Part shown: one piece after another, positions 23,634-38,932 of the stretch | Numbering within the stretch: position 1 is the first letter of the stretch | How the letters are laid out: each line of letters opens with the position of its first letter | Program-made: the position numbers and the translations under genes | The notes under the pieces: model-generated | Told to the model about the DNA's origin: nothing | The model's database searches: none | What the model saw: the letters and a program-made list of their open reading frames with translations, nothing else | NCBI GenBank assembly: GCA_964016885.1 | Contig: OZ024749.1 | Location: 17,856,001-17,920,000 of the forward strand | Length of the DNA stretch: 64,000 nt | Direction of reading: 5' to 3' | Source: Eledone cirrhosa | Taxonomy: Eukaryota

Positions 23634-25168
23634 TTGCCAAAAATTTTTGCAGCATTGATAATAATGGTTTCTTTCGGCTCCCTAAATCGCTATCGCCCCC
23701 ACTCTTTCTATCATATACCTCCCTCTCTCAATCTCTCTCTCTCTCTCTCTCACTCCCTACTCGCAACAGATATAAATAAGCCTATTACGAGGGACAAAAC
23801 TCAGAATTCGTCAACTCTTATTTAATGGTCAGTCCACTTCTTCATCCATATATCTATAATCTCCCAGAATCCAAATCCTACTTCATAATTGCGATTCTAT
23901 AATTCTGTCTTACTGTTCTAAATAATCTTCTCTACGCTTGTTCTAAATAATCTTCTCGCTACCATTTTGGCCGAAAATTTTTCCAGCATTCATAAAAATG
24001 GCTTCTCTCGGCCCTCTAAATCGCTATCACCCCCACTCTCTCTATCATATACGCCCGTCTCTCAATCTCTCTCTCTCTCTCACTCCCTACTCCCACCAAA
24101 TATAAATATAAACGAGGGACAAAACTCAGAATTTGTCATCTCTTATTAATGGTCAGTCCACTTCTACGAAATGTAATGTATAAATAACATTTTCTTCTTG
24201 TCTCCCCACTTTTCGGTTCATTCATCCATATTACTATAATTTTGGCCGAAAATTTTTCCAGCATTCATAAAAATGGCTTCTGTCGGCCCTCTAAATCGCT
24301 ATCACCCCCACTCTCTCTATCATATACGTCCCTCTCTCAATCTCTCTCTCTCACTCCCTACTCGAACCAAATATAAATAAGCCTATTACGAGGGACAAAA
24401 CTCAGAATTTGTCAACTCTTATTAATGGTCAGTCCATTTCTTCATCCATATATCTATAATCGCCCACAATCCAAATCCTACTTCATAATTGCTATTCTAT
24501 AATTCTGTCTTACTGTTCTAAATAACCTTCTCCACGCTTGTTCTAATTTAGTCCATTTCTTCATCCATATATCTATCATCGCCCACAATCCAAATCCTAC
24601 TTTATAATTGCTATTCTATAATTCTGTCTCACTGTTCTAAATAATCTTCTCCGCGCTCTTTCCAAATAATCTTCTCGCTACGATTTTGGCCGAAAATGTT
24701 TCCAGCATTCATAAAAATGGCTTCTTTCAGCCCTCTAAATCGCTATCACCCCCACTCTCTCTATCTTATACGTCCTTCTCTCAATCTCTCTCTCTCTCGC
24801 ACCAAATATAAATAAGCCTGTTACGAGGGACAAAACTCAAAATTCGTCATCTCTTATTAATGGTCAGTCCAATTCTACGAAATGTAATGTATAAATAACA
24901 TTTTCTTCTTGTCTCCCCACCCTTCGGTTCATTCATCCATATAACTATAATCTCCCAGAATCCAAATCCTACTTCATAATTGCTACTCTATAATTCTGTC
25001 TCACTGTTCTAAATAATCTTCTCCACGCTTGTTCTAAATAATCTTCTCGCTACCATTTTGGCCGAAAGTTTTTCCAGCATTCATAAAAATGGCTTTTCTC
25101 GGCCCTCTAAATCGCTATCACCCCCACTCTCTCTATCATATAGGTCCCTCTCTCAATCTCTCTCTCTC

Positions 25169-25250
<82 letters not shown>

Positions 25251-28221
25251 TACTCGCACCAAATATAAATATAAACGAGGGACAAAACACAGAATTTGTC
25301 ATCTCTTCTTAATGCTCAGTCCACTTCTACGAAATGTAATGTATAAATAACAATTTCTTCTTGTCTCCCCACCCTTCGGTTCATTTATCCATATAACTAT
25401 AATCTCCCACAATCTAAATCCTACTTCATAATTGCGATTCTATAATTCTGTCTTACTGTTCTAAATAATCTTCTCCTCGCCGGTTCTAAATAATCTTCTC
25501 GCTACGATTTTGGCCGAAAATGTTTCCAGCATTCATAAAAATGGCTTCTTTCGGCCCTCTAAATCGCTATCACCCCCACTCTCTCTATCTTATACGTCCT
25601 TCTCTCAATCTCTCTCTCTCTCGCACCAAATATAAATAAGCCTGTTACGAGTGACAAAACTCAAAATTCGTCATCTCTTATTAATGGTCAGTCCAATTCT
25701 ACGAAATGTAATGTATAAATAACATTTTCTTCTTGTCTCCCCACCCTTCGGTTCATTCATCCATATAACTATAATCTCCCAGAATCCAAATCCTACTTCA
25801 TAATTGCGATTCTATAATTCTGTCTCATTGTTCTAAATAATCTTCTCCTCGCCGGCTCTAAATAATCTTCTCGCTACCATTTTGGCCGAAAATTTTTCCA
25901 GCATTCATAAAAATGGCTTCTCTCGGCCCTCTAAATCGCGATCACCCCCACTCTCTCTATCATATACGTCCCTCTCTTAATCTCTCTCTCTCTCTCACTC
26001 CCTACTCACACCAAATATAAATAAGCCTATTACGAGGGACAAAACTCAGAATTTTTCAACTCTTATTAATGGTCAGTCCACTTCTTCATCCATATATCTA
26101 TCATCGCCCACAATCCAAATCCTACTTCATAATTGCTATTCTATAATTCTGTCTCACTGTTCTAAATATTCTTCTCCTCGCCGGTTCTAAATAATCTTCT
26201 CGCTACCATTTTGGCCGAAAATTTTTCCAGCATTCATAAAAATGGCTTCGCTCGGCCCTCTAAATCGCTATCAACCCCAATCTCTCTATCATATACGTCC
26301 ATCTCTCAATCTCTCTCTCTCTCTCACTCCCTACTCACACCAAATATAAATATAAACAAGGGACAAAACTCAGAATTTGTCATCTCTTATTAATGCTCAG
26401 TCCACTTCTACGAAATTTAATGTATTAATAACATTTTCTTCTTGTCTCCTCACCCATCGGTTCATTCATCCATATATCTATAATCTCCCCGAATCCAAAT
26501 CCTACTTCATAATTGCTATTCTATAATTCTGTCTCACTGTTCTAAATAATCTTCTCCGCGCTCTTTCCAAATAATCTTCTCGCTACCATTTTGGCCGAAA
26601 GTTTTTCCAGCATTCATAAAAATGGCTTCTCTCGGCCCTCTAAATCGCTATCACCCCCACTCTCTCTATCATATACGTCCCTCTCTCAATCTCTCTCTCT
26701 CACTCCCTACTCGAACCAAATATAAATAAGCCTATTACGAGGGACAAAACTCAGAATTTGTCAACTCTTGTTAATGGTCAGTCCACTACTTCATCCATAT
26801 ATCAATAATCGACCACAATCCAAATCCTACTTCATAATTGCTATTCTATAATTCTGTCTCACTGTTCTAAATAATCTTCTCCACGTCCCTACTCGCACCA
26901 AATATAAATATAAACGAGGGACAAAACTTAGAATTTGTCAACTCTTATTAATGGTCAGTCCATTTCTTCATCCATATATCTATAATCGCCCACAATCCAA
27001 ATCCTACTTCATAATTGCTATTCTATAATTCTGTCTTACTGTTCTAAATAACCTTCTCCACGCTTGTTCTAAATAATCTTCTCGCTACCATTTTGGCCAC
27101 AATTTTTTCAGCATTCATAAAAATGGCTTCTCTCGGCCCTCTAAATCGCGATCACCCCCACTCTCTCTATCATATACGTCCCTCTCTTAATCTCTCTCTC
27201 TCTCACTCCCTACTCACACCAAATATAAATAAGCCTATTACGAGGGACAAAACTCAGAATTTGTCAACTCTTATTAATGGTCAGTCCACTTCTTCATCCA
27301 TATATCTATCATCGCCCACAATCCAAATCCTACTTCATAATTGCTATTCTATAATTCTGTCTTACTGTTCTAAATAACCTTCTCCACGCTTGTTCTAAAT
27401 AATCTTCTCGCTACCATTTTGGCCACAATTTTTTCAGCATTCATAAAAATGGCTTCTCTCGGCCCTCTAAATCGCTATCAACCCCACTCTCTCTATCATA
27501 TACGTCCATCTCTCAATCTCTCTCTCTCTCTCACTCCCTACTCGCACCAAATATAAATATAAACAAGGGACAAAACTCAGAATTTGTCAACTCTTATTAA
27601 TGGTCAGTCCATTTCTTCATCCATATATCTATAATCTCCCCGAATCCAAATCCTACTTCATAATTGCTATTCCATAATTCTTTCTCACTGTTCTAAATAA
27701 TCTTCTCCACGCTTGTTCTAAATAATCTTCTCGCTACCACTTTGGCCGAAAATTTTCCAGCATTCATACAAATGGTTTCTCTCGGCCCTCTAAATCGCTA
27801 TCAACCCCACTCTCTCTATCATATACGCCCCTCTCTCAATTTTTTCTCTCTCTCTCTCTCACTCCCTACTCGCACCAAATATAAATATAAACGAGGGACA
27901 AAACACAGAATTTGTCATCTCTTATTAATGCTCAGTCCACTTCTACGAAATGTAATGTATAAATAACAATTTCTTCTTGTCTCCCCACCCTTCGGTTCAT
28001 TTATCCATATAACTATAATCTCCCAGAATCCAAATCCTACTTCATAATTGCTATTCTATAATTCTGTCTCACTGTTCTAAATAATCTTCTCCACGCTTGT
28101 TCTAAATAATCTTCTCGCTACCATTTTGGCCGAAAATGTTTCCAGCATTTATAAAAATGGCTTTTCTCGGCCCTCTAAATCGCTATCACCCCCACTCTCT
28201 CTATCATATAGGTCCCTCTCT

Positions 28222-28343
<122 letters not shown>

Positions 28344-28375
28344 CTCTCTCTCTCTCTATCTCTCTCTCTCTCTCC

Positions 28376-28457
<82 letters not shown>

Positions 28458-28757
28458 GTACTCGCACCAAATATAAATATAAACGAGGGACAAAACTCAG
28501 AATTTGTCAACTCTTATTAATGGTCAGTCCACTTCTTCATCCATATATCTATAATCGCCCACAATCCAAATCCTACTTCATAATTGCTATTCTATAATTC
28601 TGTCTCACTGTTCTAAATAATCTTCTCCGCGCTCTTTCCAAATAATCTTCTCGCTACGATTTTGGCCGAAAATGTTTCCAGCATTCATAAAAATGGCTTT
28701 TCTCGGCCCTCTAAATCGCTATCACCCCCACTCTCTCTATCATATAGGTCCCTCTCT

Positions 28758-28820
<63 letters not shown>

Positions 28821-31800
28821 TCTCTCTCCGTACTCGCACCAAATATAAATATAAACGAGGGACAAAACTCAGAATTTGTCAACTCTTATTAATGGTCAGT
28901 CCACTTCTTCATCCATATATCTATAATCGCCCACAATCCAAATCCTACTTCATAATTGCTATTCTATAATTCTGTCTCACTGTTCTAAATAATCTTCTCC
29001 ACGCTTGTTCTAAATAATCTTCTCGCTACCATTTTGGCCGAAAAATGGCTTCTCTCGGCCCTCTAAATCGCTATCACCCCCACTCTCTCTATCATATACG
29101 TCCCTCTCTCAATCTCTCTCTCTATCTCTCACTCCCTACTCACACCAAATATAAATAAGCCTATTACGAGGGACAAAACTCAGAATTTGTCAACTCTCGT
29201 TAATGGTCAGTCCACTACTTCATCCATATATCAATAATCGACCACAATCCAAATCCTACTTCATAATTGCTATTCTATAATTCTGTCTCACTGTTCTAAA
29301 TAATCTTCTCCACGTCCCTACTCGCACCAAATATAAATATAAACGAGGGACAAAACTTAGAATTTGTCAACTCTTATTAATGGTCAGTCCATTTCTTCAT
29401 CCATATATCTATAATCGCCCACAATCCAAATCCTACTTCATAATTGCTATTCTATAATTCTGTCTCATTGTTCTAAATAATATTCTCCTCGCCGGTTCTA
29501 AATAATCTTCTCGCTACCATTTTGGCCGAAAATGTTTCCAGCATTCATAAAAATGGCTTCTTTCGGCCCTCTAATTCGCTATCACCCCCACTCTCTCTAT
29601 CTTATACGTCCATCTCTCAATCTCTCTCTCTCTCTCACTCCCTACTCGCACCAAATATAAATATAAACAAGGGACAAAACTCAGAATTTGTCATCTCTTA
29701 TTAATGCTCAGTCCACTTCTACGAAATTTAATGTATTAATAACATTTTCTTCTTGTCTCCTCACCCTTCGGTTCATTCATCCATATATCTATAATCTCCC
29801 CGAATCCAAATGCTACTTCATAATTGCTATTCCATAATTCTTTCTCACTGTTCTATATAATCTTCTCCAAGCTTGTTCTAAACAATCTTCTCGCTACCAT
29901 TTTGGCCGAAAATTTTTCCAGCATTCATGAAAATGGCTTCTCTCGGCCCTCTAACTCGTTATCAACCCCACTCTCTCTATCATATACGTCCCTCTCTTAA
30001 TCTCTCTCTCTCTTTCACTCCCTACTCACACCAAATATAAATAAGCCTATTACGAGGGACAAAACTCAGAATTTGTCAACTCTTATTAATGGTCAGTCCA
30101 CTTCTTCATCCATATATCTATCATCGCCCACAATCCAAATCCTACTTCATAATTGCTATTCTATAATTCTGTCTCATTGTTCTAAATAATCTTCTCCTCG
30201 CCGGTTCTAAATAATCTTCTCGCTACCATTTTGGCCGAAAATGTTTCCAGCATTCATAAAAATGGCTTCTCTCGGCCCTCTAAATCGCTATCACCCCTAC
30301 TCTCTTTATCATATACGTCCCTCTTTGAATCTCTCTCTCTCTTTCTCTCTCTCACTCGCTACTCGCACCAAATATAAATAAGCCTGTTACGAGGGACAAA
30401 ACTCAGAATTTGTCAACTCATACTAATGGTCAGTCCACTTCTTCATCCATATATCTATAATCGCCCACAATCCAAATCTTACTTCGTAATTGCTATTCTA
30501 TAATTCTGTCTCACTGTTCTAAATAATCTTCTCCACGCTTGTTCTAAATAATCTTCTCGCTACCATTTTGGCCGAAAATGTTTCCAGCATTCATAAAAAT
30601 GGCTTCTCTCGGCTCTCTAAATCGCTATCACCCCCACTCTCTCTATCATATACGTCCATCTCTCAATCTCTCTCTCTCTCTCACTCCCTACACGCACCAA
30701 ATATAAATATAAACAAGGGACAAAACTCAGAATTTGTCATCTCTTATTAATGCTCAGTCCACTTCTACGAAATTTAATGTATTAATAACATTTTCTTCTT
30801 GTCTCCTCACCCTTCGGTTCATTTATCCATATATCTATAATCTCCCCGAATCCAAATCCTACTTCATAATTGCGATTCTATAATTCTGTCTTACTGTTCT
30901 AAATAACCTTCCCCACGCTTGTTCTAAATAATCTTCTCGCTACCATTTTGGCCGAAAATTATTCCAGCATTCATGAAAATGGCTTCTCTCGGCCCTCTAA
31001 CTCGTTATCAACCCCACTCTCTCTATCATATACGTCCCTCTCTTAATCTCTCTCTCTCTCTCACTCCCTACTCACACCAAATATAAATAAGCCTATTACG
31101 AGGGACAAAACTCAGAATTTGTCAACTCTTATTAATGGTCAGTCCACTTCTTCATCCATATATCTATCATCGCCCACAATCCAAATCCTACTTCATAATT
31201 GCTATTCTATAATTCTGTCTCATTGTTCTAAATAATCTTCTCCTCGCCGGTTCTAAATAATCTTCTCGCTACCATTTTGGCCGAAAATGTTTCCAGCATT
31301 CATAAAAATGGCTTCTCTCGGCCCTCTAAATCGCTATCACCCCTACTCTCTTTATCATATACGTCCCTCTTTGAATCTCTGTCTCTCTTTCTCTCTCTCA
31401 CTCGCTACTCGCACCAAATATAAATAAGCCTGTTACGAGGAACAAAACTCAGAATTTGTCAACTCTTACTAATGGTCAGTCCACTTCTTCATCCATATAT
31501 CTACAATCGCCCACAATCCAAATCCTACTTCATAATTGCTATTCTATAATTCTGTCTCACTATTCTAAATAATCTTCTCCGCGCTCTTTCCAAATAATCT
31601 TCTCGCTACGATTTTGGCCGAAAATGTTTCCAGCATTCATAAAAATGGCTTCTTTCGGCCCTCTAAATCGCTATCACCCCCACTCTCTCTATCTTATACG
31701 TCCTTCTCTCAATCTCTCTCTCTCTCGCACCAAATATAAATAAGCCTGTTACGAGGGACAAAACTCAAAATTCGTCATCTCTTATTAATGGTCAGTCCAA

Positions 31801-32841
31801 TTCTACGAAATTTAATGTATTAATAACATTTTCTTCTTGTCTCCTCACCCTTCGGTTCATTCATCCATATATCTATAATCTCCCCGAATCCAAATCCTAC
31901 TTCATAATTGCTATTCCATAATTCTTTCTCACTGTTCTAAATAATCTTCTCCAAGCTTGTTCTAAATAATCTTCTCGCTACCATTTTGGCCGAAAATTTT
32001 TCCAGCATTCATGAAAATGGCTTCTCTCGGCCCTCTAACTCGCTATCAACCCCACTCTCTCTATCATATACGCCCCTCTCTCAATTTCTCTCTCTTTCAC
32101 TCCCTACTCGCACCAAATATAAATATAAACGAGGGACAAAACACAGAATTTGTCATCTCTTATTAATGCTCAGTCCACTTCTACGAAATGTAATGTATAA
32201 TTAACAATTTCTTCTTGTCTCCCCACCCTTCGGTTCATTTATCCATATAACTATAATCTCCCAGAATCCAAATCCTACTTCATAATTGCTATTCTATAAT
32301 TCTGTCTCACTGTTCTAAATAATCTTCTCCACGCTTGTTCTAAATAATCTTCTCGCTACCATTTTGGCCGAAAGTTTTTCCAGCGTTCATGAAAATGGCT
32401 TCTCTCGGCCCTCTAACTCGCTATCAACCCCACTCTCTCTATTATATACGCCCCTCTCTCAATTTCTCTCTCTCTCTCTCACTCCCTACTCGCACCAAAT
32501 ATAAATATAAACGAGGGACAAAACACAGAATTTGTCATCTCTTATTAATGCTCAGTCCACTTCTACGAAATGTAATGTATAAATAACAATTTCTTCTTGT
32601 CTCCCCACCCTTCGGTTCATTTATCCATATAACTATAATCTCCCAGAATCCAAATCCTACTTCATAATTGCAATTCTATAATTCTGTCTCACTGTTCTAA
32701 ATAATCTTCTCCACGCTTGTTCTAAATAATCTTCTCGCTACCATTTTGGCCGAAAATGTTTCCAGCATTTATAAAAATGGCTTTTCTCGGCCCTCTAAAT
32801 CGCTATCACCCCCACTCTCTCTATCATATAGGTCCCTCTCT

Positions 32842-32941
<100 letters not shown>

Positions 32942-35900
32942 GTACTCGCACCAAATATAAATATAAACGAGGGACAAAACTCAGAATTTGTCAACTCTTA
33001 TTAATGGTCAGTCCACTTCTTCATCCATATATCTATAATCGCCCACAATCCAAATCCTACTTCATAATTGCTATTCTATAATTCTGTCTCACTGTTCTAA
33101 ATAATCTTCTCCACGCTTGTTCTAAATAATCTTCTCGCTACCATTTTGGCCGAAAAATGGCTTCTCTCGGCCCTCTAAATCGCTATCACCCCCACTCTCT
33201 CTATCATATACGTCCCTCTCTCAATCTCTCTCTCTATCTCTCACTCCCTACTCACACCAAATATAAATAAGCCTATTACGAGGGACAAAACTCAGAATTT
33301 GTCAACTCTCGTTAATGGTCAGTCCACTACTTCATCCATATATCAATAATCGACCACAATCCAAATCCTACTTCATAATTGCTATTCTATAATTCTGTCT
33401 CACTGTTCTAAATAATCTTCTCCACGTCCCTACTCGCACCAAATATAAATATAAACGAGGGACAAAACTTAGAATTTGTCAACTCTTATTAATGGTCAGT
33501 CCATTTCTTCATCCATATATCTATAATCGCCCACAATCCAAATCCTACTTCATAATTGCTATTCTATAATTCTGTCTCATTGTTCTAAATAATATTCTCC
33601 TCGCCGGTTCTAAATAATCTTCTCGCTACCATTTTGGCCGAAAATGTTTCCAGCATTCATAAAAATGGCTTCTTTCGGCCCTCTAATTCGCTATCACCCC
33701 CACTCTCTCTATCTTATACGTCCATCTCTCAATCTCTCTCTCTCTCTCACTCCCTACTCGCACCAAATATAAATATAAACAAGGGACAAAACTCAGAATT
33801 TGTCATCTCTTATTAATGCTCAGTCCACTTCTACGAAATTTAATGTATTAATAACATTTTCTTCTTGTCTCCTCACCCTTCGGTTCATTCATCCATATAT
33901 CTATAATCTCCCCGAATCCAAATGCTACTTCATAATTGCTATTCCATAATTCTTTCTCACTGTTCTATATAATCTTCTCCAAGCTTGTTCTAAACAATCT
34001 TCTCGCTACCATTTTGGCCGAAAATTTTTCCAGCATTCATGAAAATGGCTTCTCTCGGCCCTCTAACTCGTTATCAACCCCACTCTCTCTATCATATACG
34101 TCCCTCTCTTAATCTCTCTCTCTCTTTCACTCCCTACTCACACCAAATATAAATAAGCCTATTACGAGGGACAAAACTCAGAATTTGTCAACTCTTATTA
34201 ATGGTCAGTCCACTTCTTCATCCATATATCTATCATCGCCCACAATCCAAATCCTACTTCATAATTGCTATTCTATAATTCTGTCTCATTGTTCTAAATA
34301 ATCTTCTCCTCGCCGGTTCTAAATAATCTTCTCGCTACCATTTTGGCCGAAAATGTTTCCAGCATTCATAAAAATGGCTTCTCTCGGCCCTCTAAATCGC
34401 TATCACCCCTACTCTCTTTATCATATACGTCCCTCTTTGAATCTCTCTCTCTCTTTCTCTCTCTCACTCGCTACTCGCACCAAATATAAATAAGCCTGTT
34501 ACGAGGGACAAAACTCAGAATTTGTCAACTCATACTAATGGTCAGTCCACTTCTTCATCCATATATCTATAATCGCCCACAATCCAAATCTTACTTCGTA
34601 ATTGCTATTCTATAATTCTGTCTCACTGTTCTAAATAATCTTCTCCACGCTTGTTCTAAATAATCTTCTCGCTACCATTTTGGCCGAAAATGTTTCCAGC
34701 ATTCATAAAAATAGCTTCTCTCGGCTCTCTAAATCGCTATCACCCCCACTCTCTCTATCATATACGTCCATCTCTCAATCTCTCTCTCTCTCTCACTCCC
34801 TACACGCACCAAATATAAATATAAACAAGGGACAAAACTCAGAATTTGTCATCTCTTATTAATGCTCAGTCCACTTCTACGAAATGTAATGTATAAATAA
34901 CAATTTCTTCTTGTCTCCCCACCCTTCGGTTCATTTATCCATATATCTATAATCTCCCCGAATCCAAATCCTACTTCATAATTGCGATTCTATAATTCTG
35001 TCTTACTGTTCTAAATAACCTTCCCCACGCTTGTTCTAAATAATCTTCTCGCTACCATTTTGGCCGAAAATTTTTCCAGCATTCATGAAAATGGCTTCTC
35101 TCGGCCCTCTAACTCGTTATCAACCCCACTCTCTCTATCATATACGTCCCTCTCTTAATCTCTCTCTCTCACTCCCTACTCACACCAAATATAAATAAGC
35201 CTATTACGAGGGACAAAACTCAGAATTTGTCAACTCTTATTAATGGTCAGTCCACTTCTTCATCCATATATCTATCATCGCCCACAATCCAAATCCTACT
35301 TCATAATTGCTATTCTATAATTCTGTCTCATTGTTCTAAATAATCTTCTCCTCGCCGGTTCTAAATAATCTTCTCGCTACCATTTTGGCCGAAAATGTTT
35401 CCAGCATTCATAAAAATGGCTTCTCTCGGCCCTCTAAATCGCTATCACCCCTACTCTCTTTATCATATACGTCCCTCTTTGAATCTCTGTCTCTCTTTCT
35501 CTCTCTCACTCGCTACTCGCACCAAATATAAATAAGCCTGTTACGAGGAACAAAACTCAGAATTTGTCAACTCTTACTAATGGTCAGTCCACTTCTTCAT
35601 CCATATATCTACAATCGCCCACAATCCAAATCCTACTTCATAATTGCTATTCTATAATTCTGTCTCACTATTCTAAATAATCTTCTCCGCGCTCTTTCCA
35701 AATAATCTTCTCGCTACGATTTTGGCCGAAAATGTTTCCAGCATTCATAAAAATGGCTTCTTTCGGCCCTCTAAATCGCTATCACCCCCACTCTCTCTAT
35801 CTTATACGTCCTTCTCTCAATCTCTCTCTCTCTCGCACCAAATATAAATAAGCCTGTTACGAGGGACAAAACTCAAAATTCGTCATCTCTTATTAATGGT

Positions 35901-36900
35901 CAGTCCAATTCTACGAAATGTAATGTATAAATAACATTTTCTTCTTGTCTCCCCACCCTTCGGTTCATTCATCCATATAACTATAATCTCCCAGAATCCA
36001 AATCCTACTTCATAATTGCTATTCTATAATTCTGTCTTACTGTTCTAAATAACCTTCTCCACGCTTGTTCTAAATAATCTTCTTCGCTACCATTTTGGCC
36101 ACAATTTTTTCAGCATTCATAAAAATGGCTTCTCTCGGCCCTCTAAATCGCGATCACCCCCACTCTCTCTATCATATACGTCCCTCTCTTAAACTCTCTC
36201 TCTCTCTCACTCCCTACTCACACCAAATATAAATAAGCCTATTACGAGGGACAAAACTCAGAATTTGTCAACTCTTATTAATGGTCAGTCCACTTCTTCA
36301 TCCATATATCTATCATCGCCCACAATCCAAATCCTACTTCATAATTGCTATTCTATAATTCTGTCTCACTGTTCTAAATAATCTTCTCCTCGCCGGTTCT
36401 AAATAATCTTCTCGCTACCATTTTGGCCGAAAATTTTTCCAGCATTCATAAAAATGGCTTCTCTCGGCCCTCTAAATCGCTATCAACCCCACTCTCTCTA
36501 TCATATACGTCCATCTCTCAATCTCTCTCTCTCTCTCACTCCCTACTCGCACCAAATATAAATATAAACAAGGGACAAAACTCAGAATTTGTCATCTCTT
36601 ATTAATGCTCAGTCCACTTCTACGAAATTTAATGTATTAATAACATATTCTTCTTGTCTCCTCACCCTTCGGTTCATTCATCCATATAACTATAATCTCC
36701 CAGAATCCAAATCCTACTTCATAATTGCTATTCTATAATTCTTTCTCACTGTTCTATATAATCTTCTCCAAGCTTGTTCTAAATAATCTTCTCGCTACCA
36801 TTTTGGCCGAAAATTTTTCCAGCGTTCATGAAAATGGCTTCTCTCGGCCCTCTAACTCGCTATCAACCCCACTCTCTCTATTATATACGCCCCTCTCTCA

Positions 36901-36984
<84 letters not shown>

Positions 36985-37335
36985 GTACTCGCACCAAATA
37001 TAAATATAAACGAGGGACAAAACTCAGAATTTGTCATCTCTTATTAATGCTCAGTCCACTTCTAAGAAATGTAATGTATAAATAACAATTTCTTCTTGTC
37101 TCCCCACCCTTCGGTTCATTTATCCATATAACTATAATCTCCCAGAATCCAAATCCTACTTCATAATTGCTATTCTATAATTCTGTCTCACTGTTCTAAA
37201 TAATCTTCTCCAGGCTTGTTCTAAATAATCTTCTCGCTACCATTTTGGCCGAAAGTTTTTCCAGCATTCATAAAAATGGCTTTTCTCGGCCCTCTAAATC
37301 GCTATCACCCCCTCTCTCTCTATCATATAGGTCCC

Positions 37336-37416
<81 letters not shown>

Positions 37417-38846
37417 GTACTCGCACCAAATATAAATATAAACGAGGGACAAAACTCAGAATTTGTCAACTCTTTTTAATGGTCAGTCCACTTCTTCATC
37501 CATATATCTATAATCGCCCACAATCCAAATCCTACTTCATAATTGTTATTCTATAATTCTGTCTCATTGTTCTAAATAATATTCTCCTCGCCGGTTCTAA
37601 ATAATCTTCTCGCTACCATTTTGGCCGAAAATGTTTCCAGCATTCATAAAAATGGCTTCTTTCGGCCCTCTAAGTCGCTATCACCCCCACTCTCTCTATC
37701 TTATACGTCCTTCTCTCAATCTCTCTCTCGCACCAAATATAAATAAGCCTGTTACGAGGGACAAAACTCAAAATTCGTCATCTCTTATTAATGGTCAGTC
37801 CAATTCTACGAAATGTAATGTATAAATAACATTTTCTTCTTGTCTCCCCACCCTTCGGTTCATTCATCCATATGACTATAATCTCCCAGAATCCAAATCC
37901 TACTTCATAATTGCGATTCTATAATTCTGTCTTACTGTTCTAAATAATCTTCTCCACGCTTGTTCTAAATAATCTTCTCGCTACCATTTTGGCCGAAAAT
38001 GTTTCCAGCATTCATAAAAATGGCTTCTCTCGGCCCTCTAAATCGCTATCAACCCCACTCTCTCTATCATATACGTCCATCTCTCAATCTCTCTCTCTCT
38101 CTCACTCCCTACTCGCACCAAATATAAATATAAACAAGGGACAAAACTCAGAATTTGTCATCTCTTATTAATGCTCAGTCCACTTCTACGAAATTTAATG
38201 TATTAATAACATTTTCTTCTTGTCTCCTCACCCTTCGGTTCATTCATCCATATATCTATAATCTCCCCGAATCCAAATCCTACTTCATAATTGCTATTCC
38301 ATAATTCTTTCTCACTGTTCTAAATAATCTTCTCCACGCTTGTTCTAAATAATCTTCTCCACGCTTGTTCTAAATAATCTTCTCGCTACCATTTTGGCCG
38401 AAAATTTTTCCAGCATTCATGAAAATGGCTTCTCTCGGCCCTCTAACTCGCTATCAACCCCACTCTCTCTATCATATACGCCCCTCTCTCAATTTCTCTC
38501 TCTCTCTTTCACTCCCTACTCGCACCAAATATAAATATAAACGAGGGACAAAACACAGAATTTGTCATCTCTTATTAATGCTCAGTCCACTTCTACGAAA
38601 TGTAATGTATAAATAACAATTTCTTCTTGTCTCCCCACCCTTCGGTTCATTTATCCATACAACTATAATCTCCCAGAATCCAAATCCTACTTCATAATTG
38701 CTATTCTATAATTCTGTCTCACTGTTCTAAATAATCTTCTCGCTACCATTTTGGCCGAAAGTTTTTCCAGCATTCATAAAAATGGCTTTTCTCGGCCCTC
38801 TAAATCGCTATCACCCCCACTCTCTCTATCATATAGGTCCCTCTCT

Positions 38847-38932
<86 letters not shown>

